A stretch of 60,162 nucleotides of DNA from the IMG/VR virus record IMGVR_UViG_3300042879_001019, positions 1 to 60,162 of that record, one strand, 5' to 3'. How positions within the stretch are numbered: position 1 is the first letter of the stretch; each line of letters starts with the position of its first letter. Of this stretch, positions 49,019-57,230 are shown piece after piece. The notes beneath the pieces were generated by a model. It saw only the letters and a program-made list of their open reading frames with translations, had not been told where the DNA came from and searched no databases. The translations under genes and the position numbers were made by a program. The stretch comes from a virus. Taxonomy: Duplodnaviria > Caudoviricetes.

Positions 49019-49129
49019 CTATCTATTGTTAAATGGTATTAATACTTTTCTTGTTTTAATTAACGTTCCGTTTAAAAAGAATCCCCAAATTTCGAAACGT
49101 CCATCAATCTTTAAAATTTTTGTTGACAT
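49019..49129 (-). CDS. Small protein (36 aa, MSTKILKIDGRFEIWGFFLNG...)
   Basis: TAGCC-ATG start 22 nt after the predicted ribozyme cleavage site. Confidence 0.5.
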   Translation of the reverse strand: MSTKILKIDGRFEIWGFFLNGTLIKTRKVLIPFNNR

Positions 49130-49145
49130 GGCTAAAAATTTAATT

Positions 49146-49200
49146 GGTTAAGACGTGACTAAACGTCACGTTTCGTCTATTTAAGACTCTTCAGTTAACC
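49146..49200 (-). ncRNA. Hammerhead ribozyme, type I (GUC cleavage triplet)
   Basis: GGUUAA-CUGAAGA-GUCU(UAAAU)AGAC-GAAA-CGUGAC(GUUUA)GUCACG-UC-UUAACC. Confidence 0.93.
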
Positions 49201-49377
49201 TTTTTTAATCGAGAATAAAATGCTTGATAACATCGCAATTGCGCCACATCCGTAGAATAGTGTAGCAATCAAATACTCATGTTGAATCATCAAGCTTTCA
49301 TTGTTAAAACTAACAATTGGTGTAGCGATTGCCGTACTACCGAATGCAATCATCATTACTAAAAACATTGTTTTCAT
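49195..49377 (-). CDS. Small two-TM membrane protein, first early ORF
   Basis: TAGCC-ATG start; TAA stop inside ribozyme stem I. Confidence 0.55.
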   Translation of the reverse strand: MKTMFLVMMIAFGSTAIATPIVSFNNESLMIQHEYLIATLFYGCGAIAMLSSILFSIKKG

Positions 49378-49395
49378 GGCTATTGGTTTATTTGG

Positions 49396-49700
49396 TTAGT
49401 GCTTGCCGTTCGTATCGCTCGAATAAAATTGTCATTCAATCGGCAAGCTATTTTATTTCCATAACATTTCGGGTAGTTCAATTCCCTAGGTAGTTCGATA
49501 CTAAGAACTATTATCGTATCTGTTATTATAGTTTAACTTGCACCACGCTTATATAGATGGAATCGAACCACCACAAGTTATTAAAGTATTGTTATTCCCT
49601 CCCATGCTTGCAAAAGGGTAGTTTAATGATTATTTCTAATCTTTCATCTTTGGTGTTACCTCAGATAAAGCATGTTACAAGATGTCAAAGAACTAAATTT
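49396..49700 (-). ncRNA. Structured early leader with tRNA-like elements
   Basis: GCTTGCCG/CGGCAAGC with TTCG(AGCGATA)CGAA then ACTA; T-arm GGTGG-TTCGATT-CCATC; GATTA-GAAA-TAATC hairpin. Confidence 0.5.
49683..49694 (-). promoter_or_regulatory. boxA-like antitermination element AGTTCTTTGACA
   Basis: Resembles rrn boxA (E. coli TGCTCTTTAACA); lies near the 5' end of the early leader. Confidence 0.55.
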
Positions 49701-49853
49701 GCAAACTATTTAAACTAATCTACTTTAAACCACTATCTGAATTGTTTATCCTCGAAAGGCAATCTATTTAGTTTTATTGTTTCAATCTACTTCAGCAATC
49801 TAATCTCATCAATCGTACATCTGAAATATTGTTTTTAGCTCGTTTGCTTATTG

Positions 49854-49883
49854 TAAAGGTAGGCACATAATCGGGATTGTCAA
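49854..49883 (-). promoter_or_regulatory. Candidate strong early promoter
   Basis: TTGACA-N16-TACCTTTA with an A-tract upstream. Confidence 0.45.
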
Positions 49884-49899
49884 CAATTTTTTATTGAAA

Positions 49900-50460
49900 G
49901 ATTAGCAAAATACGTATTTACACTTAGAAACGTCTACGTAGTTTCACTTAGCTAAGACGGATGCCGTGACTGATTAAGTTAGCTAAATGCTTGTAAATCA
50001 ATGCTTTACGATAATTAAATATATTTTGCATGAAATACGTTTTTAAATTGCGAAATGAATTGAGGCTTAACCCACTCAATCCAAACGCGTGAAGATGTAT
50101 GCATATTTGGATGCATAACGTATTGATTGTCAGTCACGTAGGTAGGTCGATTGGTCGATTGGTCCGTTGGTCTATTTAACATAATGGATATTATATTACA
50201 GATTGGTTTGTTGGTAGGCTGTATGTATTGGTATCAATAAAGGTATGTAGGTCAACAGATAGATGTCAACAGACGGCAAGCATATAGGCACATCGGTTAA
50301 TGTCATAGGCACATAGGCACATTGCTAGGCAAAAAGCTGAAAATCCCCAACCAATTTGCCGAAATGAATACCCCCCAGTCAATTTTCAAACCGTTTCCCC
50401 CGAGCGGACTTTTTCGCGGAATGGGGGTATTACCCAAAAATTCCGCATATCTAACAAAAA
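49900..50460. other. Divergent non-coding region with short repeats, candidate genome end or packaging region
   Basis: GGTCGATT-like x3-4; TAGGCA(C) x4; inverted repeat AATACCCCC/GGGGGTATT; IHF-like sites. Confidence 0.4.
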
Positions 50461-50476
50461 ATAATTATATTTGCGT

Positions 50477-50614
50477 ATGAATATAATCGTTGAGAATTTA
50501 CTTAGGGTTGGTCTATTGGTAGGTTTCGAGTACTATGGTCCTGACGAGGAGTTTGACTTCAATGAGCTGCAGATCAGTTTATTAATTTTAAGATTGACAT
50601 TTATATGGCACTGA
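50477..50614 (+). CDS. Small hypothetical protein (45 aa)
   Basis: ATG 3 nt after TATATTTG. Confidence 0.55.
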   Translation: MNIIVENLLRVGLLVGFEYYGPDEEFDFNELQISLLILRLTFIWH

Positions 50615-51696
50615 TGAGAACAAGTAGGAACGGTGAAGATCCTAAGAAGAAGAAATCCACATGGGAAGATGTTGCAAAGAATGAAGAGATCAAGGCTTCA
50701 AACAAGGCTGCTCAAGATAAGTATAAGTCTGAGAGTGATGTTTACGAGAAGCAGGTCAAGGCATACGCTAGTCAGCCAAAAAATAGGGACTTAAAGTCAC
50801 ACTTCCAAGGTGGCGGCAGGTATTTATCTCCTAGTGAGCTTGACGTGTGGAACAAGGACATGGAGGCAAGTGGTTTAGCTAAGGAGCGTGGTGGTTTAAA
50901 GGCTAATAAGGTTTATGTTACTAAGGACTTTGGCAAGGAGGGGTCTGTCAGCAGTTTGAAGACTGCTACTGGCAAGTCTTACTCTGGTGGCATGGGATCT
51001 TTTCATGAGTGGTTGGATAAGCCAACTAAGAAGCCTTCACCAACTCCACCAATTTCTGAGATAGAAATTAAGAAGACAGACTTGAGTGTAGGCAATCTAC
51101 CTACTAGAAAGCCAGGAAAGATAGCTGCTAAGACAACTGGCCCATTGCGGATGAGTGAGAGATCTGAAGAGGAGACACCATTTGTAAAACCAGCAAGAAC
51201 TTTAGTTGGCCCGTTAGTAAAAAGTTTCTATACTCAAGATGGCGGAGTTAAAAAGGAGAACAAGCCAATTGCTAGAGCCGTTGAGAATGTAAAGAGAAAG
51301 GTTCAGTATGCTAAGGAGGGTAAGCAGTTTAAGGCTTACTATGGTGCTCCTTCTAGTATAAGTGCATCTGACAGGGCTGGCATGACAGCCGATCAGTTGG
51401 GCAAGGAGAGAGCTTCGTTGATGGGAGTAAAGAGAGAGTTGAAGTCTGATATTAAGAAGCCAGGCGGTATTATTTCAAGAAGTGAGATAAGATCTGAGCT
51501 TAAGAACGTTAAGAAGGACATCAGATCAATTGGCAAGGCACAGAAGTATGCAGCTGGCAATATTGAAGCCAGGAGTGTTCAAGAGAATGGCAAAGAAAAG
51601 ATTATAATGGTTTCTAAGAAGAATGGATCTGCGAAATCTTTCAAGCCTGAGCTTGGTGAAAGGTACACTGCCTACAGTAAAAAGAAAAATAAATAA
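50605..51696 (+). CDS. Basic Lys-rich hypothetical protein
   Basis: 363-aa ORF followed by a terminator. Confidence 0.6.
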   Translation: MALMRTSRNGEDPKKKKSTWEDVAKNEEIKASNKAAQDKYKSESDVYEKQVKAYASQPKNRDLKSHFQGGGRYLSPSELDVWNKDMEASGLAKERGGLKANKVYVTKDFGKEGSVSSLKTATGKSYSGGMGSFHEWLDKPTKKPSPTPPISEIEIKKTDLSVGNLPTRKPGKIAAKTTGPLRMSERSEEETPFVKPARTLVGPLVKSFYTQDGGVKKENKPIARAVENVKRKVQYAKEGKQFKAYYGAPSSISASDRAGMTADQLGKERASLMGVKRELKSDIKKPGGIISRSEIRSELKNVKKDIRSIGKAQKYAAGNIEARSVQENGKEKIIMVSKKNGSAKSFKPELGERYTAYSKKKNK

Positions 51697-51700
51697 AAAT

Positions 51701-51724
51701 AGCCCTCCAATCGGAGGGTTTTTT
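51701..51724 (+). terminator. Rho-independent terminator
   Basis: AGCCCTCC-AATC-GGAGGGTT followed by TTTT. Confidence 0.8.
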
Positions 51725-51772
51725 GTTGTATATCACTAAAAAATACTATTTTTGTGATATAAATACAATAAA

Positions 51773-53329
51773 ATGATAGTAAAACAGGTACATTTTGGCG
51801 ATGAAGGCCAAAAAAAGCTCAAGAAGGGCATCAAAACGATAGCAGGAGCTGTCAAAAGTACGTTAGGGGCGCGAGGTCGCACTGTACTAATTGAATCAGA
51901 GAACCATATTGGTGGTATGACGGTAACGAAGGATGGTGTTACTGTCGCTAAGTCGATCAACTTGTATGATCCGACTGAGAATTTGGCTGTTATGATGATG
52001 CGTCAGGCGGCAGAGCGAACGGCAACTGTTGCTGGTGATGGAACGACAACAAGCATTGTGTTAGCTGAGGCTATTATTGATGCATCTGACAAGTACTTGT
52101 CGGAGACAGACAACGTAACTGAGGTGATACGTGAGATCAATCAGATAGCTGGGCAAGTTGTTGCGCAACTTGACAAGAAGTCCAAGAAGTTATCAGGTAA
52201 GAAGTTGGTTGACGTGGCAACTATTAGTGCTAACAATGACAGGGAGGTAGGCAAGATGATTGCTGATGCTTTTGGGGAGGTTGACATGGTGACAGTTGAG
52301 AACAGCCAGACGACAAGTACGTATGTTGAGATAATTAAAGGTATGAAGATTGATAGGGGCTATGCCTCTAGAGTGTTCATCAATGACTTCAAGAAGCAGG
52401 AGTGTGTGTTAGACAATCCGTACATTTTGATCAGTGATCATGAGATAAATAATATTATGAATTTGGAGCGTATACTAGTACCAATTGTTGCTCAAGGTAA
52501 ATCGTTGCTTATTATTGGTGAGTTAGGTCAGAACGCATTGAATACTTTGAATGCTAACGTTGCGGCACAGAAGCTTAAGGCATGTGCTATTATGCCACCG
52601 TCGTTTGGCTACCGTAAGAAAGACTTGCTAGAGGACTTGGCAGTCGCTTTGGGAGGTGTGTATTTCTCTGAGGACACTGGTGATGATTTGTCGTTGATAG
52701 ACTTAGACAGTTTGGGTAGAGCTTCAAAGGTTATTGTTAGCAACAACATGACGGTATTCATGCATAGTGAGTCGAGAGAAGAGCATATCAACCAAAGGGT
52801 AGATGAGCTAAAAGACATGCGTGATACAGCGACAAAGGATGAGGACAAGAGCTTCTTGAACGAGCGTATTGCCAACTTGTCTGGTGGCGTTGGTGTCATC
52901 TATGTAGGGGCATTGAGTGACATTGAGCAGAAGGAGAAGAAGGATAGGATTGACGATGCTGTGTGTGCTGTTCAGGCTGCTTTGGAGGATGGTATATTGC
53001 CTGGTGGTGGTGTGGCGTTGTTGGATGCGAGCATATCTACTGATTATTCAAGTACTGCTGCTGCTATAATGATTGATGCGCTAGAAGCACCATTTAGACA
53101 GATTGTCACAAATGCTGGTAAGAATTGTGACGAGATATTATTTAACAGACCTGATGGATGTGGCTATGACGTGAAGGGCGAGCAGTATGGTGACATGGTT
53201 AAGTTGGGAATTATTGATCCGACAAAAGTTACTAAGAACGCTTTATTGAACGCTGTGTCTGTTGCAACGACAATCATGAGTACGAATGCTATTATCACAA
53301 ACGTAAGAGACTATGAAGGTTCTAAATAA
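51773..53329 (+). CDS. groEL: Chaperonin GroEL (phage-encoded)
   Basis: VTKDGVTVAK, GDGTTT, ERIANLSGGV, EKKDRIDDA, GILPGGG, GIIDPTKV. Confidence 0.97.
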   Translation: MIVKQVHFGDEGQKKLKKGIKTIAGAVKSTLGARGRTVLIESENHIGGMTVTKDGVTVAKSINLYDPTENLAVMMMRQAAERTATVAGDGTTTSIVLAEAIIDASDKYLSETDNVTEVIREINQIAGQVVAQLDKKSKKLSGKKLVDVATISANNDREVGKMIADAFGEVDMVTVENSQTTSTYVEIIKGMKIDRGYASRVFINDFKKQECVLDNPYILISDHEINNIMNLERILVPIVAQGKSLLIIGELGQNALNTLNANVAAQKLKACAIMPPSFGYRKKDLLEDLAVALGGVYFSEDTGDDLSLIDLDSLGRASKVIVSNNMTVFMHSESREEHINQRVDELKDMRDTATKDEDKSFLNERIANLSGGVGVIYVGALSDIEQKEKKDRIDDAVCAVQAALEDGILPGGGVALLDASISTDYSSTAAAIMIDALEAPFRQIVTNAGKNCDEILFNRPDGCGYDVKGEQYGDMVKLGIIDPTKVTKNALLNAVSVATTIMSTNAIITNVRDYEGSK

Positions 53330-53570
53330 GTTTCTGATTGTTGAGCGAATAGCTGACAAAGCAGAGAATAAGTCAGGTCTTATAATGACAATGGACGACA
53401 AGCGTGAGTTACGTTACAACAAGGCTGTTGTTATGTCGGTAGGTTCGATGGTCTCTGGAATATCAGAGACTAACGAAATCTACTTCGACAAGGCGGCAGG
53501 CCATGATGTATTGATCGACGATAAACGCCTTACTGTAATTCAGGAGAAGGACGTTGTTTGTGTTCTTTAA
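53313..53570 (+). CDS. groES: Co-chaperonin GroES
   Basis: KSGLIM mobile loop, VMSVG, IQEKDVVCVL; follows groEL. Confidence 0.85.
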   Translation: MKVLNKFLIVERIADKAENKSGLIMTMDDKRELRYNKAVVMSVGSMVSGISETNEIYFDKAAGHDVLIDDKRLTVIQEKDVVCVL

Positions 53571-54048
53571 GTTCTTTGTTATGATTTTTAATTGCTATGG
53601 CTAGAGTCTTGTGAGAAAAAGGTGCTGTCTTTAAGAATATTTTATTACGCCTTGTAGACTCTGGTATAGGCTCTAGTCCGAGCAATTTTTTGTATATTGA
53701 GCTAATCATTTTCTTTCCTTTGTACGACACTTCGTACATGTGTGTTTCTTGGTGGTTTCTATGTCGCCAAATATAAATCCAACCTTCCCTTAACAGCCTA
53801 TCGAATCGTTCTCTATCCCAAGACAGGAAGTTTGAGTATTCTGCAAATTGGGTACGCGTGAACAACTTTTCTGAGTACAAGAATAGTAGTATTTCTAGGT
53901 CGGACTGTGATTTCAGTTCGTGTCTTATTACAGCCCACTTTCTGATTATTGTCCAATGTTTTAAGAAGTCGTAGTCTCCTTGTTTACGTCTATAGACTTT
54001 ATCATTATCGCGTCTATGTGTAACTTTCTTTTTTACTTTAGGAATCAT
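53530..54048 (-). CDS. Winged-HTH (MarR-like) regulator
   Basis: DLEILLFL..FDRLLREGWI..YEVSYKGK; likely start ATG 54048. Confidence 0.55.
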   Translation of the reverse strand: MIPKVKKKVTHRRDNDKVYRRKQGDYDFLKHWTIIRKWAVIRHELKSQSDLEILLFLYSEKLFTRTQFAEYSNFLSWDRERFDRLLREGWIYIWRHRNHQETHMYEVSYKGKKMISSIYKKLLGLEPIPESTRRNKIFLKTAPFSHKTLAIAIKNHNKELKEHKQRPSPELQ

Positions 54049-54078
54049 TTTATTATATTTGTATTTCAAAACAAAGTT

Positions 54079-54222
54079 ATGAAAAAGATAGTTGAAAAGA
54101 AAACAAAAGAGGTATATCCTTCTAAAAAAGCTAAGGCTAAGCATGAGAAGTCTGAGTCTAAGAAAGAGATGATCAAGGAGTACGGCATGAAGGCCGCTAT
54201 GAAGAAGATGTCTAAAAAATGA
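54079..54222 (+). CDS. Small highly basic protein (47 aa)
   Basis: ATG downstream of TATATTTG; Lys-rich. Confidence 0.55.
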   Translation: MKKIVEKKTKEVYPSKKAKAKHEKSESKKEMIKEYGMKAAMKKMSKK

Positions 54223-54521
54223 AAGACCCAAGATTAGAAAGAGCAGGTGTTGAGGGATTTAATAAGCCCAAGAGAACGCCAAGTCATCCGACCAAGAGTC
54301 ATATTGTTGTGGCCAAGGAAGGTGATCGAATTAAGACAATACGTTTTGGACAGCAAAATGTTAAGACCAATCAAACGGTGGGTCAGAGAAAAGCATTTGA
54401 GAGTCGTCACGCTAAGAATATTGCTAAGGGTAAAATGTCAGCTGCTTGGTGGAGTGCGAAAGAAAAATGGTCTCCAAGCAAGACGGCATCACCAAGTAAG
54501 AAATGGGTTAAGGGAAGTTAA
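54219..54521 (+). CDS. Small basic protein
   Basis: KRTPSHPTKSH..IRFGQQ..FESRH..AAWWS. Confidence 0.65.
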   Translation: MKDPRLERAGVEGFNKPKRTPSHPTKSHIVVAKEGDRIKTIRFGQQNVKTNQTVGQRKAFESRHAKNIAKGKMSAAWWSAKEKWSPSKTASPSKKWVKGS

Positions 54522-54522
54522 T

Positions 54523-54912
54523 ATGTCTGTAGCTAAGAAATCCAATCCAGCATTATGGAATCGCATTGTGTCAAGCGTTAAGTCGAGCACAAAGGGCGGT
54601 GATGCAGGTGTTTGGTCCGCGAGAAAGGCACAACTAGCTGTTGCTAAGTATAAAGAGGCAGGTGGTAAGTATTCGGGCAAGAAGTCATCTGACAACAGCC
54701 TGTCTAAATGGACAAAGCAAGAGTGGGGAACTAAGAGTGGTAAGCCGAGCAAGGATACTGGCGAGCGGTACTTACCTAAGAAAGCAATCTCTGCGTTAAG
54801 TAACGCTGAGTACGCTGCAACAACAAGAGCAAAGCGTGAGGGCGGTGGCACAGGTAGTGTTGTCAAGCAGCCAAAGAGTATTGCAAGTAAGGTTAAGAAA
54901 TATAGAGACTAA
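54523..54912 (+). CDS. Basic protein (DUF5872-like)
   Basis: WSARKAQL..YKEAGGKY..SLSKWTKQEW..GERYLP. Confidence 0.65.
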   Translation: MSVAKKSNPALWNRIVSSVKSSTKGGDAGVWSARKAQLAVAKYKEAGGKYSGKKSSDNSLSKWTKQEWGTKSGKPSKDTGERYLPKKAISALSNAEYAATTRAKREGGGTGSVVKQPKSIASKVKKYRD

Positions 54913-55172
54913 TGGGAGCAAGTAAGACATCAAAATATTATGCAGAGAACCCTAAAGCTGCTGAGAAGAGGCGTGAATATCAGAGAGAGCTTAACGCTAC
55001 TCCTGAGCGCAAGAAGTACAGGGCAGAGCATGTCAAAGTAAGACGTGAGGCTGACTTGTATGGCAAGGGTGGTCCTGATATGAGTAAGAAAAAAAATGGT
55101 AACTTTGTAAAAGAAAAAGCATCTACCAATAGAGCTCGAAATGGAGCTAATGGTAAGAGCACTAAAAAATAA
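54912..55172 (+). CDS. Small basic protein, possibly a degenerate HNH
   Basis: DMS...NRARNG tail; catalytic His absent. Confidence 0.5.
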   Translation: MGASKTSKYYAENPKAAEKRREYQRELNATPERKKYRAEHVKVRREADLYGKGGPDMSKKKNGNFVKEKASTNRARNGANGKSTKK

Positions 55173-55177
55173 ATAAG

Positions 55178-55453
55178 ATGGCAAATTTAAAATTACAAAC
55201 CAGTAGAGCTGCTGCTGTGACACCTAGCAACACTGTCAACATACCTTACCCTGGTGATGCAACTGCTTCTCCGAATGAGGCTAGGTGGCCTTGTGTTTTG
55301 TATGTTGGTACAGGCGGTACATTGCGAATTATGACAGCTGACGGTGATGACGTTACATTGGTTAATGTTGCTGACGGAACATTTATTCCAATTCAAGTTA
55401 TTCGAGTATTTTCATCAACTACAGATGCTGCTGACATTGTAGCACTTTGGTAA
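55178..55453 (+). CDS. Head spike base-like virion protein
   Basis: AAVTPS..LYVGTGG.L..PIQVIRV..DIVALW resembles the RcGTA spike base family (from memory). Confidence 0.55.
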   Translation: MANLKLQTSRAAAVTPSNTVNIPYPGDATASPNEARWPCVLYVGTGGTLRIMTADGDDVTLVNVADGTFIPIQVIRVFSSTTDAADIVALW

Positions 55454-55456
55454 TAT

Positions 55457-56332
55457 ATGTCGCTACAAATATCCATATCAAATTCTATAAGGGGATACAG
55501 ATCTGTTCCTGGAGGAGTACCTGTTGACCCAGACGCACAAGCATTCATAACAGCGGCTGCAATAACAGACCCTACTCAACAAGCGGCTATCAATACTTTG
55601 GTAGTTGACTTGAAAGGGTATTCTATTTGGACTAAGATGAGGGCTTTATATCCATTTGTAACAGATAAAACAGTTGAGGCTGATATTAAGTCACAAATGA
55701 AATTTAACCTAAAAGACCCAAGAGATTTAGATGCTGCATTTAGATTAACTTGGCATGGTGGAGGAACTTGGACTGCAAACGGTTATCAACCTAATGGAAT
55801 AAATGGATATGCAGATACTAAATTAAATCCTTCAAGTATATTAACTAATGGAAATAATCATATTTCATATTATTCAAGAACAAATCAAGCGGCATCAAAC
55901 ACAGTAGAAATGGGTGTTTTTTCAAATAATGGTTTTTTTGGTCCAGCTTTAGGAGCAAGAAGAACATCAGATTTATTTCAATATTATAATGGAAATACAA
56001 CAACATTAGTTGTTACAACATCATCAAATACTAATTCCACAGGTCATTTTATTGGCAATATTTTAAGTAGCACAAATAGAAAAACATATAAAAATGGAAC
56101 TTTAAGTGGAACAAATACTAATAATGTTAGTAATGTTGTTGCTAATACGCTTTTTGGTACAGGGATTTATTTGGGAGCTGGTAATATATCAGATGTATTT
56201 CAAGGAGTTTTTGGTTATTCAACTAAACAATGTGCCTTTGCTTCAATAGGTGACGGTTTGCTTGATTCTGAGGCTAATAATTTGTATCTTTGTGTTCAAC
56301 AATTTAACACCACGTTGGGCAGACAAGTGTAA
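55457..56332 (+). CDS. Head fibre / LamG-like lectin domain protein
   Basis: Beta-rich, N/T/G-rich; follows the spike base gene. Confidence 0.5.
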   Translation: MSLQISISNSIRGYRSVPGGVPVDPDAQAFITAAAITDPTQQAAINTLVVDLKGYSIWTKMRALYPFVTDKTVEADIKSQMKFNLKDPRDLDAAFRLTWHGGGTWTANGYQPNGINGYADTKLNPSSILTNGNNHISYYSRTNQAASNTVEMGVFSNNGFFGPALGARRTSDLFQYYNGNTTTLVVTTSSNTNSTGHFIGNILSSTNRKTYKNGTLSGTNTNNVSNVVANTLFGTGIYLGAGNISDVFQGVFGYSTKQCAFASIGDGLLDSEANNLYLCVQQFNTTLGRQV

Positions 56333-56973
56333 TGGCAGTAGTATATAGACATATCAGATTAGATAAAAATGAACCTTTCTACATTGGAATAGGAAATTCG
56401 AAATATAGAGCTACTAAAAAAGATAGTAGAAATGAAATTTGGCAAAATATAGTTTCTAAAACTGACTATAAGGTTGAAATTATTTTTGATGATTTATCTT
56501 GGGAAGAAGCTTGCGAAAAAGAAAAAGAATTTATTCTTTTATATGGAAGAAAAAAAGATGGCGGCATTTTAGCTAACATAACTTTTGGTGGCGAAGGAGT
56601 TGTTGGATTAAAACAAAGTGAAGATTCAAAAGAAAAGGCAAGACAATTAATGCTTAAAAACACTAAAGACCCTATCTTTATGGATAAGGTAAAAAAAGCT
56701 GCAAGTATTAATGGTAAAAAGCAAGCTCAAAATAAAGAGCTTAGACAAAAATTAATGGATGCTTCAAATGCTGCAAGAAGTAAAAAAGTTTTTTCATTAG
56801 AGAATGGCGAATTAAAAGAATGGATTTCAATTTCAGAAGCTGGAAGGCACTTTGAATTAACATCATCTGATATAATTAGATGTTGTAAATTAGGGTATAA
56901 ACGTAAAGGAATACAATTTTCTTATACAACTGATTTTATAATCAATAATAATTGTAAATCTTACAAGAAATGA
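56332..56973 (+). mobile_element. Free-standing GIY-YIG/NUMOD homing endonuclease
   Basis: VYRH..FYIGIG..R..E..LANITFGGEG; C-terminal SISEAGRH..IIRCC; AT-rich. Confidence 0.75.
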
Positions 56974-57230
56974 AACTAACAGATTTAACAACAGAACAAA
57001 AGTTAACCTATGTCGGACTATTGACAGAGGTACAGAAAGACGAATTAGTCGGTCAATGGTATGCACCAGATTCTTATTTCAATCCTATTCAGGATTTGAA
57101 TGACAACTGGGTAATCTCAGTAGAGGAGATGGAGCAATGTGTTAATCCTGACTATCTTTGGGTTAAAGACTTAGATTTGATTCCTTACGAACCACGTCCT
57201 GTTCCACCACCTTTTAATCAAGCAATATGA
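56970..57230 (+). CDS. Small acidic protein, possible fibre chaperone
   Basis: Follows the fibre gene. Confidence 0.5.
   Translation: MKLTDLTTEQKLTYVGLLTEVQKDELVGQWYAPDSYFNPIQDLNDNWVISVEEMEQCVNPDYLWVKDLDLIPYEPRPVPPPFNQAI

Noticed and set aside
49556-49572. GGTTCGATTCC T-arm suggesting a tRNA gene
   Set aside because: No acceptor, D or anticodon arms at tRNA spacing; kept only as a tRNA-like element
54247-54522. Long N-terminal extension of the 54247..54912 ORF
   Set aside because: It overlaps the 54219..54521 gene; ATG 54523 is the more plausible start
56332-56973. Group I intron around the GIY-YIG gene
   Set aside because: The ORF abuts both neighbours with start/stop overlaps, leaving no room for intron core structure
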